64,000 nt of DNA from Bacteroidota bacterium (GCA_013376995.1 JACAAZ010000015.1:47695-111694), one strand, 5' to 3'. Positions 1-9,836 are shown, numbered from the stretch's first letter. Made by a program: numbers and translations. The notes: generated by a model not told the origin, from the letters alone.

Positions 1-1998
1 TTGGGCGATAACCAGGGAAATACCTGGATATCTACCAATAACGACCTGATATTATCCACCGGCCCGGGATTCAAACAATTGAAATCGCTGGGGAAAATGA
101 ACCTGGGAGGTATTCAGAGTATCTTGCAGGACCACCTTGGGAACTTATGGTACAGCACTGAAGGAAACTTGATCAGGTTTACTCCTGGGTCGCCGGAATT
201 GCTTCCCAGGAAGATACAGATTCCGTTATTGAGTCATACCCATATCATCAGTTTATATGAGGACACCATGGGGTATATATGGGCCGGTACTTTTGGGAAC
301 GGTTTGCTCAGAGTAAATCCTGTAACAGGTAAAGCCAGGCTAATAAATGAAAAAGGTGGATTGACAAATGGAAATATTCTGGCTATCACTGGTAAAGGAA
401 ATGATATCTGGCTTGCAACCCTGGGAGGAGCATACCATTGCCTTTTAGGTGAAGATGCCAGGACTGATGCAGCTATCTTGAAGTTTGAAAATTTCAACCA
501 GCAGAATGGGCCTGGTAATAATTATATATACTCAGTATTCATTGATTCGAAGAGAAGGGTATGGTTTGGTACGGATGGAAAAGGAATTTCTGTGCTTGAA
601 AACGGCCAATTCAGAAGCTATGGTGAAAGCAATGGGTTAAGAAGCAAAGTAGTGTATTCGATCACCGAAGATCAGGATGGAAAGATATGGTTTACTACCT
701 CCAATGCAGGTGTTTATAGTTTTGATGGAAAAGCGTTCAGGAATTATACCACTGCCAATGGACTTAGTGACAACCAGATCAGCTGCATAGCTTCTGACCG
801 GCAGCATCATGTATTATTTGCCAATAACCATGGCGTTGATATCCTGGATATCAGGAATGGTTCTTTTACCTATTATGGGCCAGAACTTGGGATAGAAGGT
901 ATTGACCCGGATTTAAATGTGATCTCGGGCAACAATACAGAATTATTTTGGATTGGAACACGCACAGGGATTATTAGGGTTGAAATCCCGCGAAATTCCC
1001 CTCCTTTAAACCCAGCACTGCAATTAAACCGGGTTTCAGTGTTTTTGGGCACTGAGAATTATATTGATCGCCACGAATTTGCCTACAATCAGAATCATCT
1101 TTCATTTTTTTACAATGCAGCATGGTATGCTTCACCAGATTTAGTAACATACCAGATCAAACTGGAGGGATATGACCTGGATTGGAATAATACTCGGGAC
1201 AATCTTGCCACGTACTCAAATTTACCTGCAGGAGAATACAATTTTATAGTCAGGGCAGCATTGAAAGGCAATTTCTCAAACGCAGTTTCCGTATCCTATT
1301 CATTCCAGATTCTAAAGCCTTACTGGAAGACGTGGTGGTTCATTTCCACATCAATAATTGTCTTTGTTTTCATTGTGCTTCTGCTAGTTAGAATGAGGGA
1401 GTCAAGGATCAAACAGAAAGAGAATATGGAAAGGGAGAAGTTGTTGTTCCAGTTTCAAACATTAAGAAGCCAGGTAAATCCGCATTTTCTGTTCAACAGT
1501 TTCAGCACGTTGATGTCAGTAATTGATGAGGATAAGGAGATGGCTATTGAATATGTGCAAAAACTTTCTCAGTTTTTCAGGAACATCTTGGAATACAGGG
1601 ATAAAGACCTGATAAGTGTTGCTGAAGAGTTAAAGCTGATCGAAACTTATCAGTACCTTCAGCATCAACGATATGGAGAGAATTTCATCATGGAGATTTC
1701 AATACCTGATGAAATTCGTCAGACATTAATCCCACCCCTTACTTTACAAATGTTGATAGAGAATGCCATAAAACATAACATTGTATCAACAGACAGACCA
1801 TTGAAAGTATCTATTTATAACAAAGAGAAACACCTGGTAATAAGTAATAATCTTCAGAGGAAAAAACTGGTGGAATCGTCAACTGGAATCGGCCTTGTTA
1901 ATATAAAAAATAGATATAAACTACTTGGCTTTGAAATGCTGACAATTCAGGAAACTCTCTCTGACTTCATTATTCAGTTACCGCTTATTAAGCCCTAG
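1..1998 (+). CDS. sensor histidine kinase, N-terminus cut by window edge (two-component regulator propeller repeats + Y_Y_Y domain + TM helix + LytS/YehU-type His_kinase and HATPase)
   Basis: The ORF runs from base 1, so the leading TTG is an artefact. Repeated GL..N.I..I..D..G.LW propeller-type repeats. Y_Y_Y-like YQIKLEGYDLDWNNTRDNLATYSNLPAGEYNFIVRA. TM segment WWFISTSIIVFVFIVLLLV. His_kinase motif LRSQVNPHFLFNSFSTL. ATPase motifs LIENAIKHN and GIGLVNIKNRY. Confidence 0.85.
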   Translation: MGDNQGNTWISTNNDLILSTGPGFKQLKSLGKMNLGGIQSILQDHLGNLWYSTEGNLIRFTPGSPELLPRKIQIPLLSHTHIISLYEDTMGYIWAGTFGNGLLRVNPVTGKARLINEKGGLTNGNILAITGKGNDIWLATLGGAYHCLLGEDARTDAAILKFENFNQQNGPGNNYIYSVFIDSKRRVWFGTDGKGISVLENGQFRSYGESNGLRSKVVYSITEDQDGKIWFTTSNAGVYSFDGKAFRNYTTANGLSDNQISCIASDRQHHVLFANNHGVDILDIRNGSFTYYGPELGIEGIDPDLNVISGNNTELFWIGTRTGIIRVEIPRNSPPLNPALQLNRVSVFLGTENYIDRHEFAYNQNHLSFFYNAAWYASPDLVTYQIKLEGYDLDWNNTRDNLATYSNLPAGEYNFIVRAALKGNFSNAVSVSYSFQILKPYWKTWWFISTSIIVFVFIVLLLVRMRESRIKQKENMEREKLLFQFQTLRSQVNPHFLFNSFSTLMSVIDEDKEMAIEYVQKLSQFFRNILEYRDKDLISVAEELKLIETYQYLQHQRYGENFIMEISIPDEIRQTLIPPLTLQMLIENAIKHNIVSTDRPLKVSIYNKEKHLVISNNLQRKKLVESSTGIGLVNIKNRYKLLGFEMLTIQETLSDFIIQLPLIKP

Positions 1999-2002
1999 TG
2001 TC

Positions 2003-2767
2003 ATGAATGTACTTATCATTGAAGATGAAGCCTCCATTGCACGAAGAATGCAAAAATTATTGATCGAAATTGATCCGGATATTACAGTAATTGAAACGCT
2101 ATGCAGCATTGAAGCATCCGTCGCCTGGTTCAAATCACATACAGAGCCTGACCTGATCCTTATGGATATTCATCTTGCTGATGGATCAAGCTTTGAAATA
2201 TTTAGCGAAGTGGAGCTGAATTGTCCAGTAATATTTGCAACAGCCTATGATCAATATGCTATCCAGGCTTTCAAGGTCAATAGTATCGATTACTTACTCA
2301 AGCCAGTTAATAAGGAAGATCTGGCTGATAGCCTTAAAAAGTATAAGCGCATTCAATCATCAGCGAAACCTAATGCTGTCGACTATACCGTTCTTGCTGA
2401 GATGCTTGGTGTAAGAAAAGCAGATTTCCTTAAGCGGATGGTGATCCGTTATGGAGATGTTATTAAAGCTATAGAGGTAAAAGATGTAGCATATTTTTTT
2501 ACTGATGAGAAGATCGTTTTTGCGACTATGAACGAGGGCAAATCCTATCCAGTTGATTTTACCCTCGATCAACTTGAAAAGAAATTGGATCCTGAAAGGT
2601 TTTACCGTATTAATCGAAAATTCCTGATAAGTTACGAATCCATTGAAAAGATGATTTCATACAGTAAATCAAGAGTTAAAATCACACTGCAACCGGAATG
2701 TGAATTAGAGGTCATATCTAGTACAGAAAGATCCGGAGATTTTAAGGAATGGCTTGCCGGGAAATAA
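2003..2767 (+). CDS. LytTR-family response regulator (REC + LytTR DNA-binding domain)
   Basis: Starts 4 nt after the kinase stop. REC motifs MNVLIIEDE, DLILMDIHLADGSSFE, IFATAYDQYAIQAFKVNSIDYLLKP. The C-terminal LytTR-like part includes FYRINRKFLIS. Confidence 0.9.
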   Translation: MNVLIIEDEASIARRMQKLLIEIDPDITVIETLCSIEASVAWFKSHTEPDLILMDIHLADGSSFEIFSEVELNCPVIFATAYDQYAIQAFKVNSIDYLLKPVNKEDLADSLKKYKRIQSSAKPNAVDYTVLAEMLGVRKADFLKRMVIRYGDVIKAIEVKDVAYFFTDEKIVFATMNEGKSYPVDFTLDQLEKKLDPERFYRINRKFLISYESIEKMISYSKSRVKITLQPECELEVISSTERSGDFKEWLAGK

Positions 2768-2868
2768 TTTGGGCAAGGGAAATCGATTATTGAAATAGTT
2801 TTTAGTTTATAGTTATTGGGAAATGGAATATATGATGAATAGAGTTTACCACATTCTTTCATAACTGA

Positions 2869-3429
2869 TTATGGCATTTTGCTCAAATCTATTTTATCAG
2901 AAGGCATAAGGTTATTTTTAATTAGAAAATCTGGTAATTGCCTGAACTTCAAAACCTGATCGGTAAGAATGTTCAACATTTCAATGAAAAGTTCAGGCTT
3001 ATCTTCACCATGCTTCGTTATATGAATACGGTAAACCTGTATGGGTTTAATTCTTCTTCCTGTCCGATGCAATTCCAGGTCTTCTTCCAAAAAGAGTTGA
3101 CTGATATCTTCAAAACGTAGAATTTTCTCTTGTTTTAACGGGTCTCTTTGTGCAGGGTAATAGCATGCAATAGATGAACTATATACCCTGGTGCCCATAA
3201 CATAATCCCCGCCAAACTTCAGAACAAACCATGAAACTGCCGAGAAGAGCAAAAGTGGTAAGGTCATAATAAGAAGCGTCCAGGTTCCTAGGCTATGGCT
3301 AAAGCCGCCCCAGATCATAATAATCAAAAGGAAGGAAGCAAACGTAGCGGAAACAAAACCCAGTCCCTGGTGAGCTCTTGTTGATTTCGGAGATGGGTTG
3401 ATTTCGTATAGGATTGATGCAGGTAACAT
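2869..3429 (-). CDS. hypothetical membrane protein (two N-terminal TM helices, soluble C-terminal part)
   Basis: 186-aa ORF with hydrophobic stretches FVSATFASFLLIIMIWGGF and LLIMTLPLLLFSAVSWFVL. I recognise no family. Confidence 0.45.
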   Translation of the reverse strand: MLPASILYEINPSPKSTRAHQGLGFVSATFASFLLIIMIWGGFSHSLGTWTLLIMTLPLLLFSAVSWFVLKFGGDYVMGTRVYSSSIACYYPAQRDPLKQEKILRFEDISQLFLEEDLELHRTGRRIKPIQVYRIHITKHGEDKPELFIEMLNILTDQVLKFRQLPDFLIKNNLMPSDKIDLSKMP

Positions 3430-3605
3430 GGGTTAATGGGTGGTTTACTTAGTAATTCATGCGTCACTCAATAGTCATTCGGTGATATTAGAATGCAACG
3501 GGGAAGGCGCGATGCGCATATGCTTTTATTAAGTTTATCCTAAAAAATAAATAATTCTGAACACTCCTTTTGACATTTAAAATTTGAATTCTCCCTTTTG
3601 AATTC

Positions 3606-3656
3606 ACCAAAAAATGCTCAATCCTCTGTTAACATCTCTAATTTCCATAACAGAGG
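3606..3656 (-). terminator. candidate intrinsic terminator downstream of queG
   Basis: A 9-bp stem cctctgtta (3623-3631) / taacagagg (3648-3656) lies 6 nt past the queG stop. On the minus strand a TTTTTT run follows about 8 nt later. The loop is large (16 nt). Confidence 0.4.
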
Positions 3657-3661
3657 CTTCA

Positions 3662-4588
3662 TCATTTTAAAAACTCAATATTTCTTCTTAACCCTGCAAA
3701 TTTAGCTCTTTTTATGGGAGATCTCCTGAATAAATGGTTGAAGGAATCCTGATCAAGGCTTTCCCAATCCTGAGATTCCATCTTTTTTAAATCTCCCGAA
3801 GGTGAAAATCCGGGTTCATCATTTGGAGTTGAATACTTATTCCAGGGACAAACCTTCTGACATATATCGCATCCAAAAATCCACTGCTCGTACTTGCCTT
3901 TAAAATCGGCCGGAATTTCCCTTTTATTTTCAATGGTTAGATAGGAAATGCATCTGCCAGCATCCACAGTCCTGGGTGAAACAATTGCCTGGGTTGGGCA
4001 GGCATCCATACACCTGCTGCAATCACCACAATAATCTCCACCAAATGGTTGATCATATTCCAGTTCCAGGTTGGTTATCAGTTCTGCCAGAAAGAAAAAG
4101 GATCCTTTCTTACGGCTGATAAGCATACTGTTTTTCCCGATCCAGCCCAATCCGGCCCTGGTTGCCCAGGCTCTTTCAAGAACAGGAGCTGAATCAACGA
4201 AACCACGGATAGAGATACCGGGTACTCTGATTCTTAGGTTTTCAATAATACAGGTAAGTTTCCCCCTTATAACATCATGATAATCATTTCCATAAGCATA
4301 GGAGGAGATTAGATAGCTGCTATCCTCCTTCAGCCATTCCCCGGGAAAGTAATTATACAGAAAGACAATTACTGATTTTGCACCATCAACCAATAAACGT
4401 GGGTCCAACCGCTTATCATGATGGTTCTCCATATATGCCATTTCAGCATTCTGACCTAGTTGGAGCCATTGATCCAGGCGAGGTGCATCTGCAGAAAGGA
4501 ATGAGGCTGGTGCAATGCCACATTCTGCGAAACCTAATTCTTTCGCACTATCTCTGATGAATGAAGTGAGTTTTGAAATTGAAGACAT
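3662..4588 (-). CDS. queG: epoxyqueuosine reductase (tRNA queuosine biosynthesis)
   Basis: FVDSAPVLERAWATRAGLGWIGKNSMLI and GSFFFLAELITNLELEYD. Fe-S motifs CGDCSRCMDACPTQAI and GCDICQKVCPWN. The 308-aa length fits QueG. Confidence 0.9.
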   Translation of the reverse strand: MSSISKLTSFIRDSAKELGFAECGIAPASFLSADAPRLDQWLQLGQNAEMAYMENHHDKRLDPRLLVDGAKSVIVFLYNYFPGEWLKEDSSYLISSYAYGNDYHDVIRGKLTCIIENLRIRVPGISIRGFVDSAPVLERAWATRAGLGWIGKNSMLISRKKGSFFFLAELITNLELEYDQPFGGDYCGDCSRCMDACPTQAIVSPRTVDAGRCISYLTIENKREIPADFKGKYEQWIFGCDICQKVCPWNKYSTPNDEPGFSPSGDLKKMESQDWESLDQDSFNHLFRRSPIKRAKFAGLRRNIEFLK

Positions 4589-4697
4589 ATGATTCCTGGT
4601 TCGGATGGTTCTAGTTTCATCATGATGTTGAATCTGGATGAATTTCTTTGATAACCTACCCCAAAAATTAATGAAACAGTAACCTGTTCGTTACCCG

Positions 4698-5726
4698 TCA
4701 AAACAGTGAACCATTGATTGCTGCCCTTGATTTACCAAGGTGTTTGTATGCTGAATCAGTTGCTTCCCGTCCACGGGGAGTTCGCATAAGATAACCTTCC
4801 TGTATGAGGAAGGGTTCATATACTTCTTCAATAGTACCGGCGTCTTCACCAACTGCAGTTGAAATGGTGGTAAGTCCGACAGGTCCGCCTTTGAATTTTT
4901 CGATAATGGTAACCAGAATCCTGATATCCATTTCATCCAATCCATTTTTATCAACCTGTAAAGCTGAAAGAGCATATTGTGCAATTTCAAGATCGATGGT
5001 TCCATTTCCTTTGATCTGCGCAAAATCGCGAACTCTGCGCAGAAGCAGGTTGGCAATTCGGGGTGTTCCCCTGCTTCTCCTGGCAATTTCGTAAGCAGCA
5101 TTGTCATGAATAGGAACACGGAGAATTCCTGCTGAACGGATTACGATCTTCTTCAGGGTATCTGCGTCGTAATATTGAAGCCTGGAGTTGATACCAAATC
5201 TGGAGCGCAGCGGAGCTGTAAGCAAGCCTGACCGTGTAGTTGCCCCAACAAGTGTAAAGGGGTTCAGAATAATCTGAACACTTCGGGCATTCGGGCCAGA
5301 TTCGATCATAATATCGATCTTGAAATCCTCCATGGCGGAATAAAGATATTCCTCGACAACAGGGCTCAACCGATGGATCTCATCAATAAACAATACGTCG
5401 TTCTTCTCAAGATTGGTAAGCAGCCCGGCAAGATCGCCCGGCTTATCAAGTACAGGTCCTGATGTCACTCTTACATTAACTCCAAGTTCATTGGCAATAA
5501 TGTAAGACAAGGTAGTTTTTCCCAAGCCGGGCGGGCCATGAAGCAAGACATGGTCAAGTGGTTCTCCGCGCTGACGGGCAGCTGCGACGAATACACGCAA
5601 GTTATTCAGCACATTTGGCTGACCGGCAAAACTTCCAAAATCAAGTGGTCGCAGAGCTTTTTCGATCTCCTTCTCGGCAGCTGACAACCCTTCGCCTGAC
5701 GCATCAAGATTCTTATTTAAAGGCAT
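4698..5726 (-). CDS. ruvB: Holliday junction branch migration DNA helicase RuvB
   Basis: [12 protein letters not shown], Walker [14 protein letters not shown], Walker [47 protein letters not shown]. 342 aa. Confidence 0.95.
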   Translation of the reverse strand: MPLNKNLDASGEGLSAAEKEIEKALRPLDFGSFAGQPNVLNNLRVFVAAARQRGEPLDHVLLHGPPGLGKTTLSYIIANELGVNVRVTSGPVLDKPGDLAGLLTNLEKNDVLFIDEIHRLSPVVEEYLYSAMEDFKIDIMIESGPNARSVQIILNPFTLVGATTRSGLLTAPLRSRFGINSRLQYYDADTLKKIVIRSAGILRVPIHDNAAYEIARRSRGTPRIANLLLRRVRDFAQIKGNGTIDLEIAQYALSALQVDKNGLDEMDIRILVTIIEKFKGGPVGLTTISTAVGEDAGTIEEVYEPFLIQEGYLMRTPRGREATDSAYKHLGKSRAAINGSLF

Positions 5727-5748
5727 TTGATTAATGCTGTGGTTTCAG

Positions 5749-5756
5749 CAAAGGTA
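5749..5756 (-). promoter_or_regulatory. candidate Bacteroidota -7 promoter element (TAnnTTTG) for ruvB
   Basis: The plus strand reads CAAAGGTA, which is TACCTTTG on the minus strand. It lies 23 nt upstream of the ruvB ATG at 5726. Confidence 0.35.
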
Positions 5757-6022
5757 ACAATTCCAACTCATAAAACCCTTCCATTACGCTCAGCGCTCAC
5801 TAGAAAGAACCGACTCAAAAGTTCACTTCTTTAGTTTACAATCTCATTTATAGCTGATCGAAAAAACGCCCTTCAAAACATCCTTCCTTTAAGAAGCAAA
5901 TTAGAATTATTTGCTAATTTAGCCACCTGTATTAATCACTTGTCAGTATCAGATAGCCATGATCCTTATAGTTGGATCCCTGAAACCTGATGGCACGTTT
6001 GACCCTCTAAATTTTCCCGAAC

Positions 6023-6862
6023 ATGAAAGACATCCTCGTGGCAATTGATTTCTCAAAAGGATCTACGCATGCACTGGAGTATGCGATTGAAATAGCCAAC
6101 CTGACCCTGGGAAATGTTATCATGGTTTGGGTTGATAATCAAAGCATTCTCGAGGTTACACTAGCTTCAGAAACCTCTGAACTCAGGGAAGATGCCAAAA
6201 AAAACCTGGACGAACTTGTCAAAAATTACAAAGACAAACTAAAGCCTGGAAAGCTCACTTACAAGATCAGAAAGGGAAAAGTTTACCAGGAATTATCTGC
6301 ACAGGCCAAACAATGTGAATGCACAATGCTTGTTGCCGGAACCCACGGAGTTACAGGTTTTGAGGAATATTGGATTGGCAGTAATGCTGCCAGGGTAGTT
6401 TCTTACGCACCCTGCCCTGTTATTACCGTAAAGTTCAACTATGAAATTGCCAGGGGATATAGAAGGATACTGCTCCCGCTTGATCATACTGCCCAAACCA
6501 TTCAAAAGGTACATTTTACTGCTGAACTGGCTAAATTAAGTGGTGCTGATATCAATATCCTTGCATTGAATACCAGCAAACTCAGAACCATGCAAAGGGT
6601 AGTTGAAAACAATGTTGCCAAGGTCGAAAAATACCTCAATGCTAACGGAATAAGTTACGTTGTGGATTCAATAATGACTGATAATGTGGCAGCATCTATC
6701 ATTGCCCAGGCTAAAAATATTGATGCCGATTTGATCTCTATTATGACCGACTGGCAAAACGAAGTTTCTGTAACTATTCTTGGCCAATTTGCTCAGCAAT
6801 TGGTAAATTACTCGCCAGTTCCCGTATTGAGCATTCATCCAAAAGATAATTTCATTCTTTAA
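6023..6862 (+). CDS. universal stress protein, tandem Usp domains
   Basis: ILVAIDFSKGS, GTHGVTGFEEYWIGSNAARVVSYAPCPVITV. The second half has RILLPLDH and LISIMT...PVPVLSI. Confidence 0.85.
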   Translation: MKDILVAIDFSKGSTHALEYAIEIANLTLGNVIMVWVDNQSILEVTLASETSELREDAKKNLDELVKNYKDKLKPGKLTYKIRKGKVYQELSAQAKQCECTMLVAGTHGVTGFEEYWIGSNAARVVSYAPCPVITVKFNYEIARGYRRILLPLDHTAQTIQKVHFTAELAKLSGADINILALNTSKLRTMQRVVENNVAKVEKYLNANGISYVVDSIMTDNVAASIIAQAKNIDADLISIMTDWQNEVSVTILGQFAQQLVNYSPVPVLSIHPKDNFIL

Positions 6863-6880
6863 TTTAGCCCCTTCGTCGCC

Positions 6881-7303
6881 ATGCTGCGCTTTTTCCTGAC
6901 TTTAACAGTATTGTTGTCTGCAGCTTTCTCCAATGTCATTGCCCAAGAAATTACACCTCCAAAAGGGAAAGTGGAGGTTGTTCAGGATCAGAAAATTACA
7001 CAACTTGAGCAGCAATATAAAAAGATGAATTTACGGAACCAGGTGGTCGATGGTTACCGGATACAAATCTTTTTTGATTCAGGTAGCAACAGCAAAAAGC
7101 GGGCGACTGAAGCTATGGATAGCTTTGTCAGCAAATATCCCACCTGCCGTGTTTTCCTTTCATATAAGGAGCCTTACTATAGGGTAAGGGTTGGTAATTT
7201 CAGGACATTAAATGAAGCTGTTGGGTTTCAGAAGCGAATTATTTCTGATTATCCGAATGCATTTCCAGTTAAAGAAAAAATTAGTTTTAAAGAGTTGGAA
7301 TAA
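6881..7303 (+). CDS. SPOR domain-containing protein with signal peptide
   Basis: N-terminal signal MLRFFLTLTVLLSAAFSNVIAQ. SPOR-like DGYRIQIFFDSG....A......YPTCRVFLSYKEPYYRVRVGNFRTLNEA. Confidence 0.7.
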   Translation: MLRFFLTLTVLLSAAFSNVIAQEITPPKGKVEVVQDQKITQLEQQYKKMNLRNQVVDGYRIQIFFDSGSNSKKRATEAMDSFVSKYPTCRVFLSYKEPYYRVRVGNFRTLNEAVGFQKRIISDYPNAFPVKEKISFKELE

Positions 7304-7470
7304 ACTGATTTTGAGCGCTAAATTTTTGACATCATACAATTTATTTTACATAAACCTGTTGTAATATAAGGATATCATTTCACAAGGCAATAAGATTTTT
7401 CTTGCTTTTGAATGGTTTTTTCGTTACCTTAGCCAATAAATCAGCCTGAACCAGGAACTATTCAATTCTT

Positions 7471-8322
7471 ATGAGCAATATTATAGCCGCCATCGACTTT
7501 TCCGACTGCTCGATAAATGCATTGGAACATGCAGTCTCAATAGCCAGCAAGGGTATACTTGATGTACACATGGTTTGGGTAAATAATCCAAGTGTTACTA
7601 AGACTACCATTTATTCGGATACAGCCTCGGATCTGGTGGATGAAATCAAAGCCCAATTTGGTAAATTAATTGAAAAATACAAGGATCGGTTACCTGAAAG
7701 CCATATGGATTATGTAATCCGTGAAGGGAAGGTATATCGTGAAATCCTTGATGAAGCCCGTGAAGTTGAAAGCCTGTGTGTTATTATTGGTACTCATGGA
7801 GCCTCCGGCTTTGAACAATTCTGGATCGGAAGCAATGCAAACAGGCTAATATCCGTTGCTCATTGCCCGGTTATCACTCTTAGAGCCGGAATCAATGTAA
7901 AACATGAACTTGAGCGCATTGTGATGCCAATCGACAGCACAATAGATACCAGGCAGAAACTTCCGTTTACAGCTTATCTTGCCCGATTGTTTGATGCCGA
8001 AATTTATGTTCTCTCAGTTTATGCATCCAAATACAAAGCTATCCAGCGCCGTGTTGACGAATATACTGACCAGGTAGTTAAGTATCTGGAGGAAGAGGGA
8101 ATTCCGTACAGAAGGGATTCCATGATTGTTGATAATCTGACTACTTCCACGATTGAATATGCCAAAAAGGTTAGGGCCAATCTGATTAGTATTATGACTG
8201 AGCAGGAAACGAGTCCATTTAACCTATTGGTAGGTCCATATGCCCAGCAAATGGTCAATAATTCCCCTTTCCCTGTACTGAGTATAAATCCCAAGGAAAC
8301 GCTTATAATGTCATCGAGGTAG
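7471..8322 (+). CDS. universal stress protein, tandem Usp domains (paralog of 6023..6862)
   Basis: IIAAIDFSDCS, GTHGASGFEQFWIGSNANRLISVAHCPVITL, LISIMTEQE, SPFPVLSINPK. Collinear with the upstream Usp. Confidence 0.85.
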   Translation: MSNIIAAIDFSDCSINALEHAVSIASKGILDVHMVWVNNPSVTKTTIYSDTASDLVDEIKAQFGKLIEKYKDRLPESHMDYVIREGKVYREILDEAREVESLCVIIGTHGASGFEQFWIGSNANRLISVAHCPVITLRAGINVKHELERIVMPIDSTIDTRQKLPFTAYLARLFDAEIYVLSVYASKYKAIQRRVDEYTDQVVKYLEEEGIPYRRDSMIVDNLTTSTIEYAKKVRANLISIMTEQETSPFNLLVGPYAQQMVNNSPFPVLSINPKETLIMSSR

Positions 8323-8332
8323 AACTCGTGAC

Positions 8333-8364
8333 AAAAAAAGCTCCGAAAATTCGGAGCTTTTTTT
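8333..8364. terminator. bidirectional intrinsic terminator between convergent usp and fbaA
   Basis: AAAAAAA, then stem GCTCCGA (8340-8346), loop AAAT, stem TCGGAGC (8351-8357), then TTTTTTT. The A-run and T-run flank the stem, so it can act on both strands. Confidence 0.8.
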
Positions 8365-8379
8365 AGATTTATCTAATTC

Positions 8380-9459
8380 TTAGTTTCTGTCAAGGCAATT
8401 TAAATCTTCAAAAGCAACCTTAAGCCGGGAGATCATTGATTTCTGTCCTTCGTTGAGCCACTTACGCGGGTCATAGAATTTCTTATTAGGCTTATCCTCA
8501 CCTTCAGGATTGCCTATTTGTGCTTGCAAATAGCCTTCGTTTTTCTTGTAAAAATCCAGAATGCCTTTCCAGGTCGCCCATTGAGTGTCGGTATCGATAT
8601 TCATCTTAATAACGCCGTAGCTTATGGCTTCCCTGATTTCTTCGCGGCTGGATCCTGATCCACCATGGAATACAAAATTCACAGGCTTTTCGGCTGTTCC
8701 GAATTTTTTCTCAATGTACTTTTGAGAATTGTTCAAGATAATCGGTTCCAGTTTAACATTTCCTGGTTTGTAAACACCATGAACATTGCCAAATGAGGCT
8801 GCTATAGTAAATTGATCACTGATTTTAAGGAGTTCCTCATAGGCAAAAGCAACGTCTTCGGGCTGAGTGTAAAGACGTGAACTTTCAACACCGCTGTTAT
8901 CAACACCATCCTCTTCTCCACCAGTAACGCCAAGTTCAATTTCAAGGGTCATCCCGATCTTGCTCATACGAGTGAGGTATTTTTTACAGATTTCGATGTT
9001 TTCAGTAAGTGGTTCTTCGGAAAGGTCAAGCATATGTGAGCTAAACAGCGGTTTGCCAGTTTCCTTAAAATGCTTTTCACCTGCTTCGAGCAGACCATCG
9101 ATCCATGGAAGCAACTTTTTTGCGGCATGGTCGGTATGAATGATAACTGGAATGCCATACATTTCAGCCATTGCATGAATGTGTTTTGCTCCAGAGATAG
9201 CTCCGGCAATAGCAGCTTTTTCACCATCATTACTCAGGAATTTCCCGGCATAGAAATGAGCTCCTCCATTCGAGAACTGAATGATAACGGGTGAATTAAC
9301 TTCTTTAGCAGCCTGCATTACAGCATTTACGGAATCTGTTCCAACAACATTAACAGCAGGTATGGCAAAATGATTACGTTTGGCAATGTTTAAGAGTTCC
9401 TTGAGATCTTTTCCGGCAACTACGCCTGGAGCAATATTATCTAACACCTTGTCTGACAT
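8380..9459 (-). CDS. fbaA: class II fructose-1,6-bisphosphate aldolase
   Basis: 359 aa. FAIPAVNVVGTDSVNAVMQAA, PVIIQFSNGG, VIIHTDHAAKKLLPWIDGLL, FSSHMLDLSEE, LEIELGVTGGEEDGVDN, FGNVHGVYKPGNV, VFHGGSGS. Confidence 0.95.
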   Translation of the reverse strand: MSDKVLDNIAPGVVAGKDLKELLNIAKRNHFAIPAVNVVGTDSVNAVMQAAKEVNSPVIIQFSNGGAHFYAGKFLSNDGEKAAIAGAISGAKHIHAMAEMYGIPVIIHTDHAAKKLLPWIDGLLEAGEKHFKETGKPLFSSHMLDLSEEPLTENIEICKKYLTRMSKIGMTLEIELGVTGGEEDGVDNSGVESSRLYTQPEDVAFAYEELLKISDQFTIAASFGNVHGVYKPGNVKLEPIILNNSQKYIEKKFGTAEKPVNFVFHGGSGSSREEIREAISYGVIKMNIDTDTQWATWKGILDFYKKNEGYLQAQIGNPEGEDKPNKKFYDPRKWLNEGQKSMISRLKVAFEDLNCLDRN

Positions 9460-9499
9460 TGTATTATATTGTTTAATGAATGATTTGTTTAACGAGGTG

Positions 9500-9507
9500 C
9501 AAAGATA
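9500..9507 (-). promoter_or_regulatory. candidate -7 promoter element (TAnnTTTG) for fbaA
   Basis: The plus strand reads CAAAGATA, which is TATCTTTG on the minus strand. It lies 41 nt upstream of the fbaA ATG at 9459. Confidence 0.3.
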
Positions 9508-9617
9508 CTACAACTCTTTGAAGTTTAAAGTGATAAATAGTTAGAATTGTATAATTGATTTTTTCAACGAAGCAACCGGTTGATTTTGTAATTTTGTCTG
9601 GCCTCAAGGCAATACTT

Positions 9618-9690
9618 GGCCTAGTAGTTCAGTTGAATAGAACATCATCCGTCGGCTGACAGACGGTACTGAAAGCAAGGTCCACATATA
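9618..9690 (+). pseudogene. decayed tRNA-like copy (intact 5' acceptor and D arm only)
   Basis: GGCCTAGTAGTTCAGTTGAATAGAAC closely matches the first 26 nt of the adjacent tRNA, GGCCCCGTAGTTCAGCTGAATAGAAC. CTGAAAG is also shared. The anticodon arm is replaced by a CCGTC-GGCTGACA-GACGG hairpin. I can draw no T arm and no complementary 3' acceptor strand. Confidence 0.4.
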
Positions 9691-9720
9691 AAGATAGAGA
9701 AGCACCAGATATTAATTACC

Positions 9721-9794
9721 GGCCCCGTAGTTCAGCTGAATAGAACGTCAGATTCCGGTTCTGAAAGTCGGGGGTTTGAATCCCTCCGGGGTCA
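9721..9794 (+). tRNA. tRNA-Arg (anticodon CCG)
   Basis: Hand-folded 74-nt cloverleaf. Acceptor GGCCCCG/CGGGGTC, D stem GTTC/GAAC, anticodon stem TCAGA/TCTGA, loop TTCCGGT with CCG at 9755-9757, T stem GGGGG/CCCTC, T loop TTTGAAT, discriminator A. Confidence 0.9.
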
Positions 9795-9802
9795 CTATTG
9801 AA

Positions 9803-9836
9803 GTAAAAGCTGCCATATGGCAGCTTTTACTTTTTT
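9803..9836 (+). terminator. intrinsic terminator after tRNA-Arg
   Basis: GTAAAAGCTGCCA-TA-TGGCAGCTTTTAC forms a 13-bp palindromic stem (9803-9830), followed by TTTTTT (9831-9836). Confidence 0.8.

Noticed and set aside
4691-5119. 142-aa minus-strand ORF overlapping ruvB in another frame, and the 96-aa plus-strand ORF 4804..5094.
   Set aside because: RuvB is unambiguous across this span. The overlapping ORFs have no features of real proteins.
9618-9690. A second functional tRNA, or a tRNA with an intron.
   Set aside because: I can draw no 3' acceptor strand, T arm or 7-nt anticodon loop. The nearest acceptor-like match (CAAGGTC) would leave no room for a T arm.
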